A stretch of DNA of 64,000 bases, from positions 22,134,001 to 22,198,000 of the forward strand of contig OZ241829.1 of the NCBI GenBank assembly GCA_965202585.1, given 5' to 3'. The stretch comes from Thalia democratica. Its lineage: Eukaryota. The notes beneath the pieces were generated by a model, which was not told the DNA's origin, did not search any database, and saw only the letters and a program-made list of their open reading frames with translations. The translations under genes were made by a program, and so were the position numbers. Every line of letters starts with the position of its first letter. The stretch's first letter is position 1. Of this stretch, positions 1 through 12,886 are shown piece by piece.

Positions 1-1565
1 TATGCAAAGTAGTAAAGTATGAAAATAAAAAGATCTAACACCTACCTATTATATAAATTTAATGTGAGAATTTTTTGTTGAACATTATCCAAATAGTTTC
101 GTTCAATACCAACGTATAACTTTAACTTTCACACAAACTTTACTTAAATTAGATTTATCTAAACTTTGTTTTAAATTACTTTTAATCTACAGCTTTTATT
201 AATTTCATGTAAAAATTAAAAAAAACTTAAAAAGTTACTGTTGTTTATCTAATGAAAAAATGAATAAAGTTTTTACTGTTTGTATGTTATTTCCTTTGAC
301 GGAAACAAAAAGACAATTGTTCAAGAACTACATTATAAGTTTTTAGTCATTTTACTATTATCATAAACTTGAATAAAGCCTATATACCTAATAGTCACTA
401 CTATACTAAACACGTTACTGTAGACTCATGTTATAAAAAACTGTTGTTGAACTAATAGAACCATGTAGTATTTAAAGAAAATTACACAATAACTACATTA
501 ATACATGTTTTTATTATTATGTAAACATACTCTCAAAGTTAATGTATAAAAAAACAGTTCTTTGCATATGAAATTAAATATAAGACAACTTGTTCATATA
601 GCTTCTTTAAATTCTGCTTTCCATTTTAGTTTATTTAAATGTTGCATTATGTTCAAAGAAATACAATCAATCAAAACCATGTAGCCTCATTTAAATTCAA
701 AAGAAAAATTTGAAGTAAGTTTGGGCGTACTTCTAAAACATAAATTCAACCTGGATTAAGATATTGTAAACTGATACTTTACAAAAACTAAAAACAAAGA
801 ATGCTCACATCTAAAACTAAAGATAAAGCGTTTTAGGTATACACGCACTAAAAGAACACAGTCTTTAAATTCTTTATAACTATGAAAAATAAATAATATT
901 TATGGCTTCATGTAAAACATCAAATTTTTTTGAACTACTTGTTTTATTTGTGGAAAAAAATATACTAAACTTTCATTTCAAAGTCAAAAAAAAAAACTTA
1001 ATTTAATACCACTACTTGGAATTAAACAAGGTTAAATCTATAAGAATAATATGATTGTACAAAAGTTAAGATTTTGTTAGTTATTGGTATTAATTTTATT
1101 AACTCTAAAACTTCCTAAAAATTGTTTGAATTTCTTTTTTTTTTCTAGTTTAGTTGAAGTACGTTACTTGAAGCTAAAAGTTTAAATACCCTTTTTAATC
1201 ATGTTTTTCATATTAAGAATAAAACTGCTTTTTAATATTACTAATCTACTTAATAAAACTTTGTTAAAACTCTACTTAAGTCGTTGCAAAACTTATCAAA
1301 GGTACTTTGTGGTAAACTAGATTATGTTAAAATGAAAGTAACTAAACATGTTTAATATTTTACCAACATTGGAGATATCATTTGTTAAAACAACTTTAAC
1401 TGCTTTCTAAAAACACTCTGAAAAATATTTTACTTAAAACATTTCTTTCCGATCCAAATTTTAGCTGTGATATACTGAAGATTTTTTAATAAAATTAAAA
1501 GGCGAAAATTGCGTTCGGAAATGTTTGATTATTTCGCGTTTATTGTTATAAATAGTTTAATCATC

Positions 1566-1990
1566 GACGGACGCATTCAAGCGTAAAGTTTTTCGATCAA
1601 CTTATAACATTTCGATCGATCTTTTATTTTGGCGCCAAAAAGACTGGAAGAAGCGTCGATTTATTTAATAATTAGAAGTTTTCACAGAATTTCGTATGTA
1701 AAACCCTAAATTAATTGGATTTGAACACGAAAAAAACTTGTCAATCTCGATTTCTCAACTCCTTTTTTATTTGTAAAGTACTTACTTCTGTAACGAAACT
1801 TTTCGAATTTATTCACTTTTGTCGAATTGTATTTTGAATAAAAGCAGCTCGATAATTGACATTTGGCCCCAATTTCGTCAAAGTCATTCATGCATAGCAT
1901 CGTAATGGATACAGTATCAAATGTGCGAAAGGTAAACAAAAAATTTTGACCCCCCAAGTTTAAGTGCGATAATTTTATACTTAAATGTTT
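1566..1990 (+). repeat. Direct repeat, copy 1 (paired with 8142-8570)
   Basis: 1566-1733 is nearly identical to 8142-8308, and 1858-1990 resembles 8440-8570. Confidence 0.85.
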
Positions 1991-2442
1991 TGATTAATTG
2001 TAGGTCCGAAACTGTTTTTAGTTTTGACTATCAATTATTGTTTTCGATATAGTTATTTTGCCTAAGTTGATTTATTCATAGAGTTAGAGTACTCATTGTT
2101 TCTTTTATTATATAGTAGTTTGTTTTAACTTGACATAACGAGTATTTTTAGTTACTTGGATTGTTAAGCTAGTTTCAATTTTATCTAATCAAAACTAGTT
2201 GTAGTACCACAAATGAATATACAAGTAATTTTAAATAAAAGGAGTAGTTGATAGTTAGTTAATGCAATCTTAATAAACTTTACAATTATTGTTGTTGTGG
2301 TATATGAGGTTCGATAATTACAATAGTTTTCTAATGACATTACTAAGCAACACTTGTATGCAAGTAAAAGTTAGAAATAATCGAACTGACAGTGACTCTT
2401 AACTGAAGGAAGAATAAAAGAGAAACTACTAAACATATACAT

Positions 2443-2708
2443 CAGGATTTCCCAAACTTTTTTTCAATATTTTTTTTTAAAGATATTAAACATGAGAAAA
2501 CTACAAGTGAAAACACCTAAGACCCTTTTTTGTTTTGCTCTTTATCAGCAACTCCAGAATATCTAGTGTAAGTTTCAAATTATCACCCTCATGGCTTAAC
2601 TGCACCCTGTGGCTCCTTAATTGCACATGGCCCCTTTGCTGCTTATGGCCCGCTGAGTATCTGTTGTGGGCCCCTAAAGGGCCACTTGGCCCATTTTGGG
2701 AAACCCTA
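2443..2708. mobile_element. hAT-type MITE (same family as 54852-55036)
   Basis: Termini CAGGATTTCCCAAAC / TTTTGGGAAACCCTA; degenerate 8-bp TSD atatacat/gtatagat. The internal block actccagaatatctagtgta is shared with the 54852 copy. Confidence 0.75.
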
Positions 2709-3736
2709 GTATAGATGATTGAAAGTAGGATTAATAAAATAAAATAACATGCTAATAATAATTATTTCAAATATTTTATAATTTAAATAGTTAATTAGTT
2801 ACAAAACTGACTGTTGACTCATTAATTTTGGTAAAAAATATAAAAACGTGTTTAAGGAGTTAGGTTTTAAACTCTTTTATGAATCATAATTTGTTCTGTC
2901 AAAATGACTTATTTTTGATAAAGGCTAAAATTTTCCACAAAAAAAACAAGGTTTGAAAAATGGTTTAGAAAATAGCTTATCTATGTTAGAGTAGCTTTAG
3001 AGACAAAAGTAGTATGTGTGAATTTTTATAAATTGAATTCAATTGCCTAGTGTATATACTTTATAAATAATTAAATAACTGTTTTATTATTGTCCTCGAT
3101 AAGACGTTAAAAGGTATCCTAATGGTGTACGACTCGACAAGCGAAATTTTTTTGCGCACTCTTAGAACCAAATATTTTAAGCGTCTTATTTGTCGTTCAA
3201 TAAAATATATATACATATATTAGTCAATTAATCTTAAATAAAAAACTAATTAAATTTTTGTACTTATTTCTGTTCTTATTTGTTATTTTTTTAATAGAAC
3301 TTTATAACGCTTTATTTCACATAATTTTAGTAAGAAATTAAAGTTTAAACACTTTTCTGTTAGAAGAATTTTGTAAACATTTATAGTTAAAAGGATTTAA
3401 TTCTAAATTGAAACTAACAAAAATATATGTAGTGTTTGCCTATTTAGACATGTTTTTTATAATTGGTATTGTTACACTAGCGCGTGAAACACCGTGTGAT
3501 AGCTTAAATGTTATAAAAGTTTTTTGATAACCATTGGCTCCTTAACGAAGTGAAGTTCTTCTAAAAGAAATACGAAGCTCCTATGGTTCAGCACTATTTT
3601 AAGAATTGAAATACAAGTTCTGATAAGTTTTACTGTTTTTCCTAGACAAGTTATAAAAAAAAAGATATTTTAGTAAACTAAATGAATTTTTATATTTAAA
3701 AAGCTTTAAAAATGACTATGTTTAAAATAAAACATA

Positions 3737-3937
3737 CAGGCTTGATCATACCACTTCGATCACCAGACCACAAGCCTTCGGTAGACTGAGACCTGGGTTT
3801 GGTTCTTATTAAAAATCGTCAGCCAGCCACAACCGAAAACCTTGCAGTCGTCAATCTACAATCGGTAATCTATAAACCCGGCTTTCAGCCTACCGAAGGC
3901 TTGTGGTCTGATGATCGAATTGGTATGATCAAACCTA
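3737..3937. mobile_element. Tc1/mariner-type MITE (~200 bp)
   Basis: ~65-bp terminal inverted repeats (CAGGCTTGATCATACCACTTCGATC... / ...GATCGAATTGGTATGATCAAACCTA) flanked by TA on both sides, within a palindromic aacaTA..TAtgtt context. Confidence 0.8.
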
Positions 3938-6900
3938 TATGTTAATTTGAGCTTATCTCACGCATACGAAAGTCTAGGCTTAGGCTCTGCAGACTTTCGC
4001 CGATGTCTTCTTTATAATAAATCAAAAAATGATTTAGGACCTACTTAAATTAGTTTTTTTAAGTTTCAAAAATTTTAAAATAAAATAAAGATTTTTCAAT
4101 GATATAACTTTATTATTTTTAAAATAATGTTATAAGCTTGTATATAGTATTGTATTCAAGTTAAAAACGTTTATAAAAGTCTTATTGTGAAATGTAAATG
4201 CTCAAAACAAGGTTGAAACTTATAAACCTCTTAAAAATACCTTAATAGGCTTAACTTTTTCGATTAGTAGTTGCTTACTACATTTTACAACACTAACAGA
4301 GTCAAAACACTATTTTTACTTGCTTTTATGATCTATATTCATTCAAGTTTGTTTCATAATAACTGTAAAGTTTTATTACGGCGCAGTGTTTTAATGATAT
4401 CAAATATTTCTTTTGATAAAAATAAAAACAGAATAAAACTGTCATAAAAATAATTAAACACTTCTAGCAGTCTTCTAGTAATAACATTTAGTAAACATTA
4501 GTTTTATCAAAGATGCTAGTCTAAAAGTATTTTTGTAAATAAAAAAAGCTTATGTTTGAATAATAATATAAAACAATTCTAAAGCATGTTTTGTTTCATA
4601 TTGTTAAAATTTTTTTTTACTTTTGTTGTTTAAAGTGAACAAACTTCTAAATAACTTAATAATCGCCATTTGTTTAAAGTTATAAACTAAAATAGCTTTT
4701 TTAGAGAAAGTTAAACTTAGTTATAATTTTTTTGTTTTAGTTTTTTACGTATATCGCTTTACTTCAATCTTAAATGTTATTAACTCACTGTTATAATTTT
4801 AACTTATTAAATTACCAAACTAAGAAGTATAAACGTTGTAGCTTCGAGTAATTATTTTTTACATATCTCGGATGAATGTATTTTTACAAAATGGCTGTTT
4901 GTTAGCTAAAATAAAAACCATGATACGCTTCTTTTATTTTGTTCAACGCAACTTTACTTCCAGTTGTTAGATTATCTATATGTAGTCTGTTTAGTTTAAG
5001 GTCGCAAAAAACTTTAATAAGAAAATCTCAAAGACTTTGTAATCAGTTTACTTAAATATATTTTAAACTGCTGGTTTAATCTACGAAGCAAGTATACTGA
5101 ATTTTTTTTTATAAGTTGATTTTGTTGTTGATTTTCTATCTATTCATGCCATTTACTCAGGTTTTGGTAAAAAAAAAACACTAGTTGAAAATCTAGTTGC
5201 ATATCTGCTTATATTAATCTTAAATGTTTGGCATTTTATTGTTTAGATAAGTAGATATATCAAAGTACTTTTAGTGTTAGCAAAATTATTTAGTATTGAG
5301 TAACTTTAGTTTGTATTTTTATTTTGCTGTTTCTTTAAAACTATTCTAAATTGTTATAAAAAAAATAACTTATTATTCTTTCCTAAAGGTTGTGTGCTCA
5401 ATCGGTCTAACGTTAAAAAAGTTGAAAATTAAAAACACAAAACTATTTTGACAACATAACATTGTGGACTTTTATATGACTTGTTATAGTTTTTAGAAAA
5501 ATTAAAAAGACATTTTTCGTAAAGACAAGAGTTTTGCAAAAAACACGAACCAACTGAAACTTAAGCAGCTGGTTTCAGTTGCTAAAATTCGAACTTTACG
5601 TCTGCAACTTTGCAAGGAAATAGCAAACTTGGTTAAAGGAAGCGGAACTAATTAGAGAAGGTATAATTAGTTTCAAATTTGCTAAATTGTCAAGACAAGT
5701 TGCTATACTTAAAGGTAATGTACTAAGTTGACAGTTTATGTTTAAAAGCTTTGATGTGTTAATTTACTTCATAGCTATTCATTGCAGAATTGGATTAAAC
5801 TCTGTAAAATAATGTTTAACAGCTTGTACTAAAAATAACTTTTAATATGTTTAAAACAGTTAAGTCAATTTTCTCTATGTTCTTTTATACGAAAAACAAT
5901 TTTGCTTTACAACTTAATAATTACATTTTTATTAAATAATAGCTAAAAAAATATTTTAGTAAATTTAATTTTTTTTATTCGTAAATTATCCTCCAACAGT
6001 TGAAAGTTGTAAGTCAATGTTTGATATACAACTAAAACTATTATTTACTTAATTCTAGTTTTTCTAAAAACTTTTTTTTCAAACAGTTGCTGTAAATACT
6101 AAGCTTCAAGTGTTACACAAAAATTTACTTTATTTTTCAACTTTTAATATTAACATTTTATTAAGATTTATTTATTTTATATTTAATCTATCTTATACTA
6201 AAAAATTCCTTACCTCGACACTAAAAAAGCTTATGTTACAGTTGCTTTTTACTAATTTTTAAATATATAGTATAAAAACTTTATTTCTTATGTCTTAAAG
6301 TAACTATACAATTGATACAGTTGCTTTTTATTTACGTTTAATAAATATTATTTACTTTAACTCTAATTTTCTACAGTCATTTAATAAATAAAAGTATATT
6401 ACATAAAACTGTATTTTTTGTCAAACTTTCTTACATACTTAGAGTAAACATTTGTAAGATCGAGTATTTGACTAAAATAAATATTTTTAAGTATTATTAA
6501 GTAGCATGATTTTAATAAAGTTCATGAGAAGCAGTAAAATATGAAAAAACAAAACAAAATTAACACATAACTTACGAAAGTTTTATTGTGAGAATATTTT
6601 TATTGAACATATTCCAATTAATTTCGTTCGTATTTGAAACTTAGCATTTAGTTTTGCTACTGTTTTTCGAAAAAGTTAAAAAAAAGCAATAAGAAACTAT
6701 AAAAGTAATTCTTATTTTCCTTTTATCGAAACATCGACTCAACTTTAATACTATTAACTTTGTGATGTGTTTAAAGTGGTGTATTTTGCACATGAATAGA
6801 TTTCAGCTACATTTGTGATGGTCTGGTTTCTAGTTACACAAAGAATACACATAACTAATAATAAAGTCCTTAACAAAATATTGAACGAATAACAATGTTT

Positions 6901-7802
6901 TATTGATTTCCAGTAAATAATATCTATTCAGCATTAGTTATTAGCTAAAAATACCGTGAAAAGATAAAATAAGTTTTATTGCTACACTTTATTTACATGG
7001 TTATTAAATAAATGATACTGGTAATTAAAGTTATTTCATCAATTCATTTCAATAAGTATTTTATATACAATCCAAATTCTTAAGCTGTACATTATAAAAA
7101 GTAAAAAAAAGTAAGTAATCTTAAAGTTCTGTTGAAAGAAAAATTAACTTAAAAATATTTAAAAAAGAAGAAATTTTCTTAAAGTTCTCATAATAACTTC
7201 AAGTTTAATTATACTTTAGTATAATTATTAGCTTGTGACTCAATATTTAACTTTTTACGATAAAACTAAACAAAAGTTTATTTTTACTGATCACATATTC
7301 AACTAATTACAACATAAAACGATATATCTTTAATTACAACTTATTTAGATTTTAATAAAATTGTAAAAAACCTATCAACCAAAAGAATAAAGTCTCATTT
7401 AAGTTCCCTAATAAAATAAGAAGTATTTTATGGCACTTTTTTATAAAAACATTAAAACAAACTTAATTAAAATATTGCATTGCACCAAAGACGATGCTTA
7501 GTATTTTTGTTGGTGGTAGCGGAAAACTTACTAGTTTATTGTCCTTAATTAATTATCTTTAAGAAATCCTAAAGAATCCTTAATTTGATATTTTTAGAAA
7601 CTACTTCATTAAAATTAAAACAATATTTTAAAACAAATCGTTTGTGAACAAAAGTTTAGACTAAAAATAGTGATTTAAAAACTTTCACAAAACTGTAAAA
7701 AGTGTTTTAACCTTTTTATGTGAAGCATCTTGATCAAATACTCCATCCAAAGCGATGATCTGTACTGTACCCTCTATAAAATTAGCCGATAGCCCTTTAT
7801 AA

Positions 7803-8077
7803 GTAGTGGATCAATTTTCAAAGAAAAAGCTGCTCGCGGACCGCACTGCATAACCAAAAGTCTTTTGCGGAATATAGTTTTTTTCAAATATTACTAGTTT
7901 TAACCAAAACTAAGTTAAATATATAATTTTGCACTACTTATTTAGAGTTGTTGAAATAAGAGCGTAGCTATAAGTTTTTACAATAAAAGTTTTATGTCAT
8001 TCTGAAAAAGTTTTTTTCGACTGAGAAGTGAATCAAAAACCTCAGTTCCTTTGTGGGCCGCAGTTTACCAACGCCTG
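7803..8077. mobile_element. Degenerate hAT-type MITE (right end recognisable, left end approximate)
   Basis: Right end gggccgcagtttaccaacgcctg and internal cgcggaccgca resemble hAT subterminal GCGGCCC motifs. Confidence 0.45.
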
Positions 8078-8141
8078 TAACGTCATCACGCGTCGCCTTT
8101 TTAAAAAGACTTCAACTATCGGCAAAATTTACTTAAACATT

Positions 8142-8570
8142 GACGGATGCATTCAAGCGTGATTTTTTTCGATCAACTTATAACATTTCGATCGATCTTT
8201 TATTTTGGCGCCAAAAAGACTGGAAGAAGCGTCGATTTATTTAATAATTAGAAGTTTTCACAGGATTTTGTATGTAAAACCCTTAATTAATTGAATTTTA
8301 CACGAAAATTACGGTTTCATTTTGCTTATTAGAAAAAGACTTTTTTGTATATCCATACCACACTTTAGTAAAGTTTTTTTAAACTGCTTTGCTTAATTTT
8401 TGTTAAAGGCATCTTAAATAAAAGTGGTTCGAAAGTTGATACTTGGACCCTATTTATTTGTCAAAATCAATCATGCATAATATTGTAATGAATATAGTAT
8501 CAAATATTCGAAATGTAAACAAAAACTTCGACCCCCCAAGTTTAAGTGCGATAATTCTATATTTAAACTT
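8142..8570 (+). repeat. Direct repeat, copy 2 (paired with 1566-1990)
   Basis: Same blocks as copy 1, offset ~6.58 kb. Confidence 0.85.
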
Positions 8571-11059
8571 TGTGATGTATTGTGATTCTACAGCAATTTT
8601 TTATCTATTACTACTATTCTAAGTATAATTACTTTCCATTAGCTAATTTATTTGTAAAACTAATGCATTCATAAAATCTTATAAAAACAAATCTAACTAC
8701 AAATATTATTTTTAATCCGTAAATTTTTAAATCCAATTTAACAATTGTCACTCAAAATAAGCTTATCTAATTTACATGTATTTTATTTAAAAAGTATTGT
8801 TTAAATGAAAACTGTTTTATGTAATTTATTCGTTAGTTAATGCAAAAGTTTTGCAGTCAAATAATTTTACAGAAAACACTAAACACTGGTATAAAGTTAA
8901 GAACAAAAAAATTTTTACATATTAGTTTACTTTTATAGCGTACTTTTACACAGAACTAAATAAAAAAATTAGAGATTTTTTTTTGTTTAGAGCAATTTAC
9001 TACAACACAATCCAGAGAGAAATTAAAATTCAAAAGATTACGATCTAAATTTCTATTGAAAATAACGCGTAAAATGTTTAAAGCTTTTATGAAATATTTA
9101 GTTAAAAAGCATATAGGAAAACAATTAAAACTAGAAAAAAATTATTGAACAGAGAAATCATCAATAATAATTTTAAGGAGTTAAATTTAACTCTACTATG
9201 AATCATAATTATTTCTGTCAAAATAAATTACTTTTAAAGATAATTTAAGTGAGTGTCTAACAAAAGTTTCATGAAAATGAAAAAACTATAACCTGTTATC
9301 TTTGTTTTGTCAGTCTAACATGTAGATAAATTAGTACGTTTTTTTTTAAAGAGATTAAATCAATGCCTAATATACAAACTTTACGATTAACTGTAGTATT
9401 GTTTCAAAAAGGTGATATATCTACAAATCTGATAATCAGTTAAATCTAAAACTGAAAAATTCAAATAAAAACCTACAATTGTTTTGATAAGTGTTTTAAT
9501 CGTTTTTTCAATACTCTAACTTTATTAAATTTAACTGTACACAATTTATATATTTTTATTTCTTCTTTCTGTTTTTTTTTTGTTGAGGTTTGAAACTTTA
9601 GTTTTTAAAAATCAATTTTTATCACCTCGTAATAATTGTAAAACCATGTCGTATACAACTCGATAACCGAAAGTTTTTTACGTACACCACGTCCTTAGAC
9701 CAAACTTTTTGAGCGCTTTTCTTTTAGCATTCAATAAATTAAACTAATTAAAAATAAAGCAATAGTTTTACACATTACTAGTAAGTTTTTAGTAAAGTTT
9801 TAAAACTATTAAAGCTTTAAATAAGATTTCCTAAACATGATAGCCAATGTAAAATTAAAAATTATAAAAAAAAAACATATATTTATGAACTTATTAACAT
9901 AAAAACTTTAAAACATTTAATCGGAACTATAAAGTTTTTATATTGCCATTCTAAACTTTAATAAGTTTTTTGCCGTATTTTTTTTAATGTTATGTTTTTA
10001 ACATTATAAAAATCTAAAGTAACTTCAAACCTTTTTCTTTTTGACAATTTTATAATCTTTAACTTTTTAATTAAAAGTAAACACTTATCAACAAATAAGA
10101 TGTTTAATTCTAAGCTTATTTTTTTATAATCAAACTAAAATGTTATTGAAAGTTTTATAAGATACTTTGTAATAATTAACTACTTTTTTCTATTACTACT
10201 AACTGAATACTTTTTCGAAAGTTTAAACTTTACTTAGACTATAGAACATTAAAAAATATTAAAAACTGCAATGTTTTAGAAATTTCAAAATATTGCATAA
10301 GTATGGCTTGATAAAACTATTTGAAAAAAAAACAGTGAGCAGTATTTTTTTATAACGCAGTCATACAACAAATATTTTTCAAAATTTACAAAACTAAAAA
10401 TACGATAAGTAAAATAGATTGTTTTCAATACAGATTTTTATATATTTGTAGTGTTTAGTAAAACATGTTTTATTAGTTGAAAAGAAGCTAATTTTTATAA
10501 AGGTGCAGCATTTAATGATTAATATGAGAATAAGATATTTTTTCTGAGTAATTTGTAAACTGTGTTTTTTTTCTCGACACTACTCTGTTTAAAGCGATAA
10601 GAATTTAGAACATACTGAATTTTATTTGGAGTATACTGATTTTGCCTTTATATAGACTTTATGTAATAACATCAGTTCGTTAAGATCAAGACTATACAGA
10701 CTTTTATAGTTAAACGGCCAGAATATAAAAAACTTAAGCTTTTTTTGGGGTGTTTTGTTTTGTAAATTTACATAAAAATACAAAGTAAATGTTAAGCAAC
10801 CACAGTATAACAACTTTATCAAAAGTAAGCACTCTAATTTGGTTAAAGTTTGGTGAACAGATAAACTTCAAGCTTTGATAGAAAAAACAGGTTTTTTGTA
10901 ACAATTTGTAAAGCCTACAAGTCATAATTTGCTTACCCTGACTATTATGATTAACTAAAATAAACTTTCAAACTAAATTTATCGATTTTAGTTATTCTAA
11001 TGTTCATAGTCATTAACTTCTAAAAATAGGTTTAACTTAGTGATTTACTTGTCCACAAA

Positions 11060-11990
11060 ATGAAGATCCGGTCGGAACTGGATCAGGATTCGTTTTTTAA
11101 AACTAGGATCCGGCCTGAACCGGACATTAATTAAAAAAGACCGGATCCGAATCTCATTTTAAAACCAATAATAAAAAAACTGTAAGTTATGAATGAACAA
11201 ATGATTATGACCAAGTTTTTGTTTTAAACAGTTGTCTAATAAGTTAAATAGTTTTGTCTATTGTGTTTTGTATATTTATTCATTTTACAACAATGCCTAA
11301 TGCTTAAAACAGTGTGTGTTTTAATGTACTCTAAATGTAAAATATTACTTTGTTATCTTTTGGTTCTTAGTAGTAAAGATTTCTCTGGATATAAATTACT
11401 TATAAAGTAAAGCATCCTGTAAAAGTCTATATCGAATAAATATCGCCTGTTATGTACAAAATACTATCATATCCAGTTTATCGACTAAATAAATTGCCTA
11501 ACCTTTTTTATAGAACATTGAAGAGTGTACTTATACTGATTTATATAAGAATAAAATAGAATCATTAATTTGTAAAAGTTTAAATTTAAAAGAGTACTGG
11601 TTTGTCATGTCTGTGAGTAAAGAAGCAAAATAAATTAATCAAGCAACATGCTTTAGTACAGCTACGATTTGGTAAGCCAATAAAGAACAGTTAGAAAGTC
11701 TGTCTTTGTTTCGATCATAAAACTTTACTGGGTACTGATTATGTGAATTTGTTTATGCAAGATAACTTACTTTTGTCTTTTTAGAGATCGTTTTTAACAA
11801 GTTTAGTGTGGCTAACTTTTTTAATAAATTTTTTCTTAAAGAATGATTATTACTACTTGTTTAAAATAATTAGATACCAATCTGTTTTTGAATAACATAT
11901 GCAAAAAATTTGATCCATCAGATCTGGATTTATTTTTAAAATTAAGATCCGACTTGAACCGGATCCGATTTTAATTTTTAGATAAGAATC
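11060..11990. repeat. Degenerate element with GGATCC/CCGG motif clusters at both ends
   Basis: 11064-11152 and 11910-11995 are similar direct blocks (gatccgg..gaaccgga..ccggatccga). Family not identified. Confidence 0.4.
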
Positions 11991-12886
11991 TGGCTGAATT
12001 TAGCTATTTAAACTTTTAGATAACCTGTGCCAACGCGTGGTATATTTTTTAGGAGAAAACTTAAGTAACTTAACTTTAAGTATTTAAAAAACTCCTTAAT
12101 TTGAATATCTTGAAAATTAATTCAATAAGATAAAAAGGTTCTACAATTACAACAATGTTTCAAACAAAAGCTTTTAATAAAAAAAAAATTAACAGTTTCA
12201 TTTTTAGATTTTCTTAGGTGGATCATCTGCTCCTATACTCATTGCGACGCCCCTGTGCACAACCATAAAACTTACAACTTTTTTATTACACATTGATTTC
12301 AAAAAACTTCATTTACTTAAATAAAATCATTAGAAACTAGCAAGAATTAACTTGGAATAATAGTTTAAGAACTTTTGTATAAGACAGTCTAGTTTCATCA
12401 ACTTAAAAATTTTTTCTTACTTTATGTAACTAGAAACCTACACCTGAGGAATTTTGAAACAAAGTGTAACAACTCTTCTTCTAAATGATCCCAAACCACT
12501 AATATTTTAGTATACATTACTTTACTGTGTCATACAAAAAACCTGAAAAATTTTGCATTTCAAAAATAAATATTTTTACGACTATAATGACAAGGTCTTC
12601 GCAGATTTTCAAAAAAATCAAAACTTTCATAGCGCTGCATCATAATACTAAGTTTCATTTCTCTGCAAGGTTTTATATAATGCAAGGTTTTATATAATTG
12701 AGTTATAGAAAAGTTGTTAATGATATTATATATATCCTAAACTCATGTTTATTTTTTGTTATAGCATGTATAGAAAATATCTATTATTCATTTTTTGATA
12801 ATATGACGTTACTTAAGATACAACTAAAGTTACTTTCTAATTAATTGGCATAAATTTAGTTCTAATAATTTCAGATTTAATTGCAG

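Noticed and set aside
1706-1957. AT-rich ORFs of 60-110 aa (1706-1957, 10622-10925, 15665-15880, 16090-16338, 46254-46436, 48890-49564, 51203-51538)
   Set aside because: F/L/I/K/N-rich translations typical of chance ORFs in AT-rich DNA; no motifs or supporting splice context.
5500-5720. Coding-like island with a 10-bp hairpin (5551-5581)
   Set aside because: Frame is broken by stops or a frameshift, no recognisable family, and no CTRR end to support a Helitron terminus.
7710-7800. Minus-strand exon-like segment EGTVQIIALDGVFDQDASHKK
   Set aside because: Isolated; no partner exons or homology recognised.
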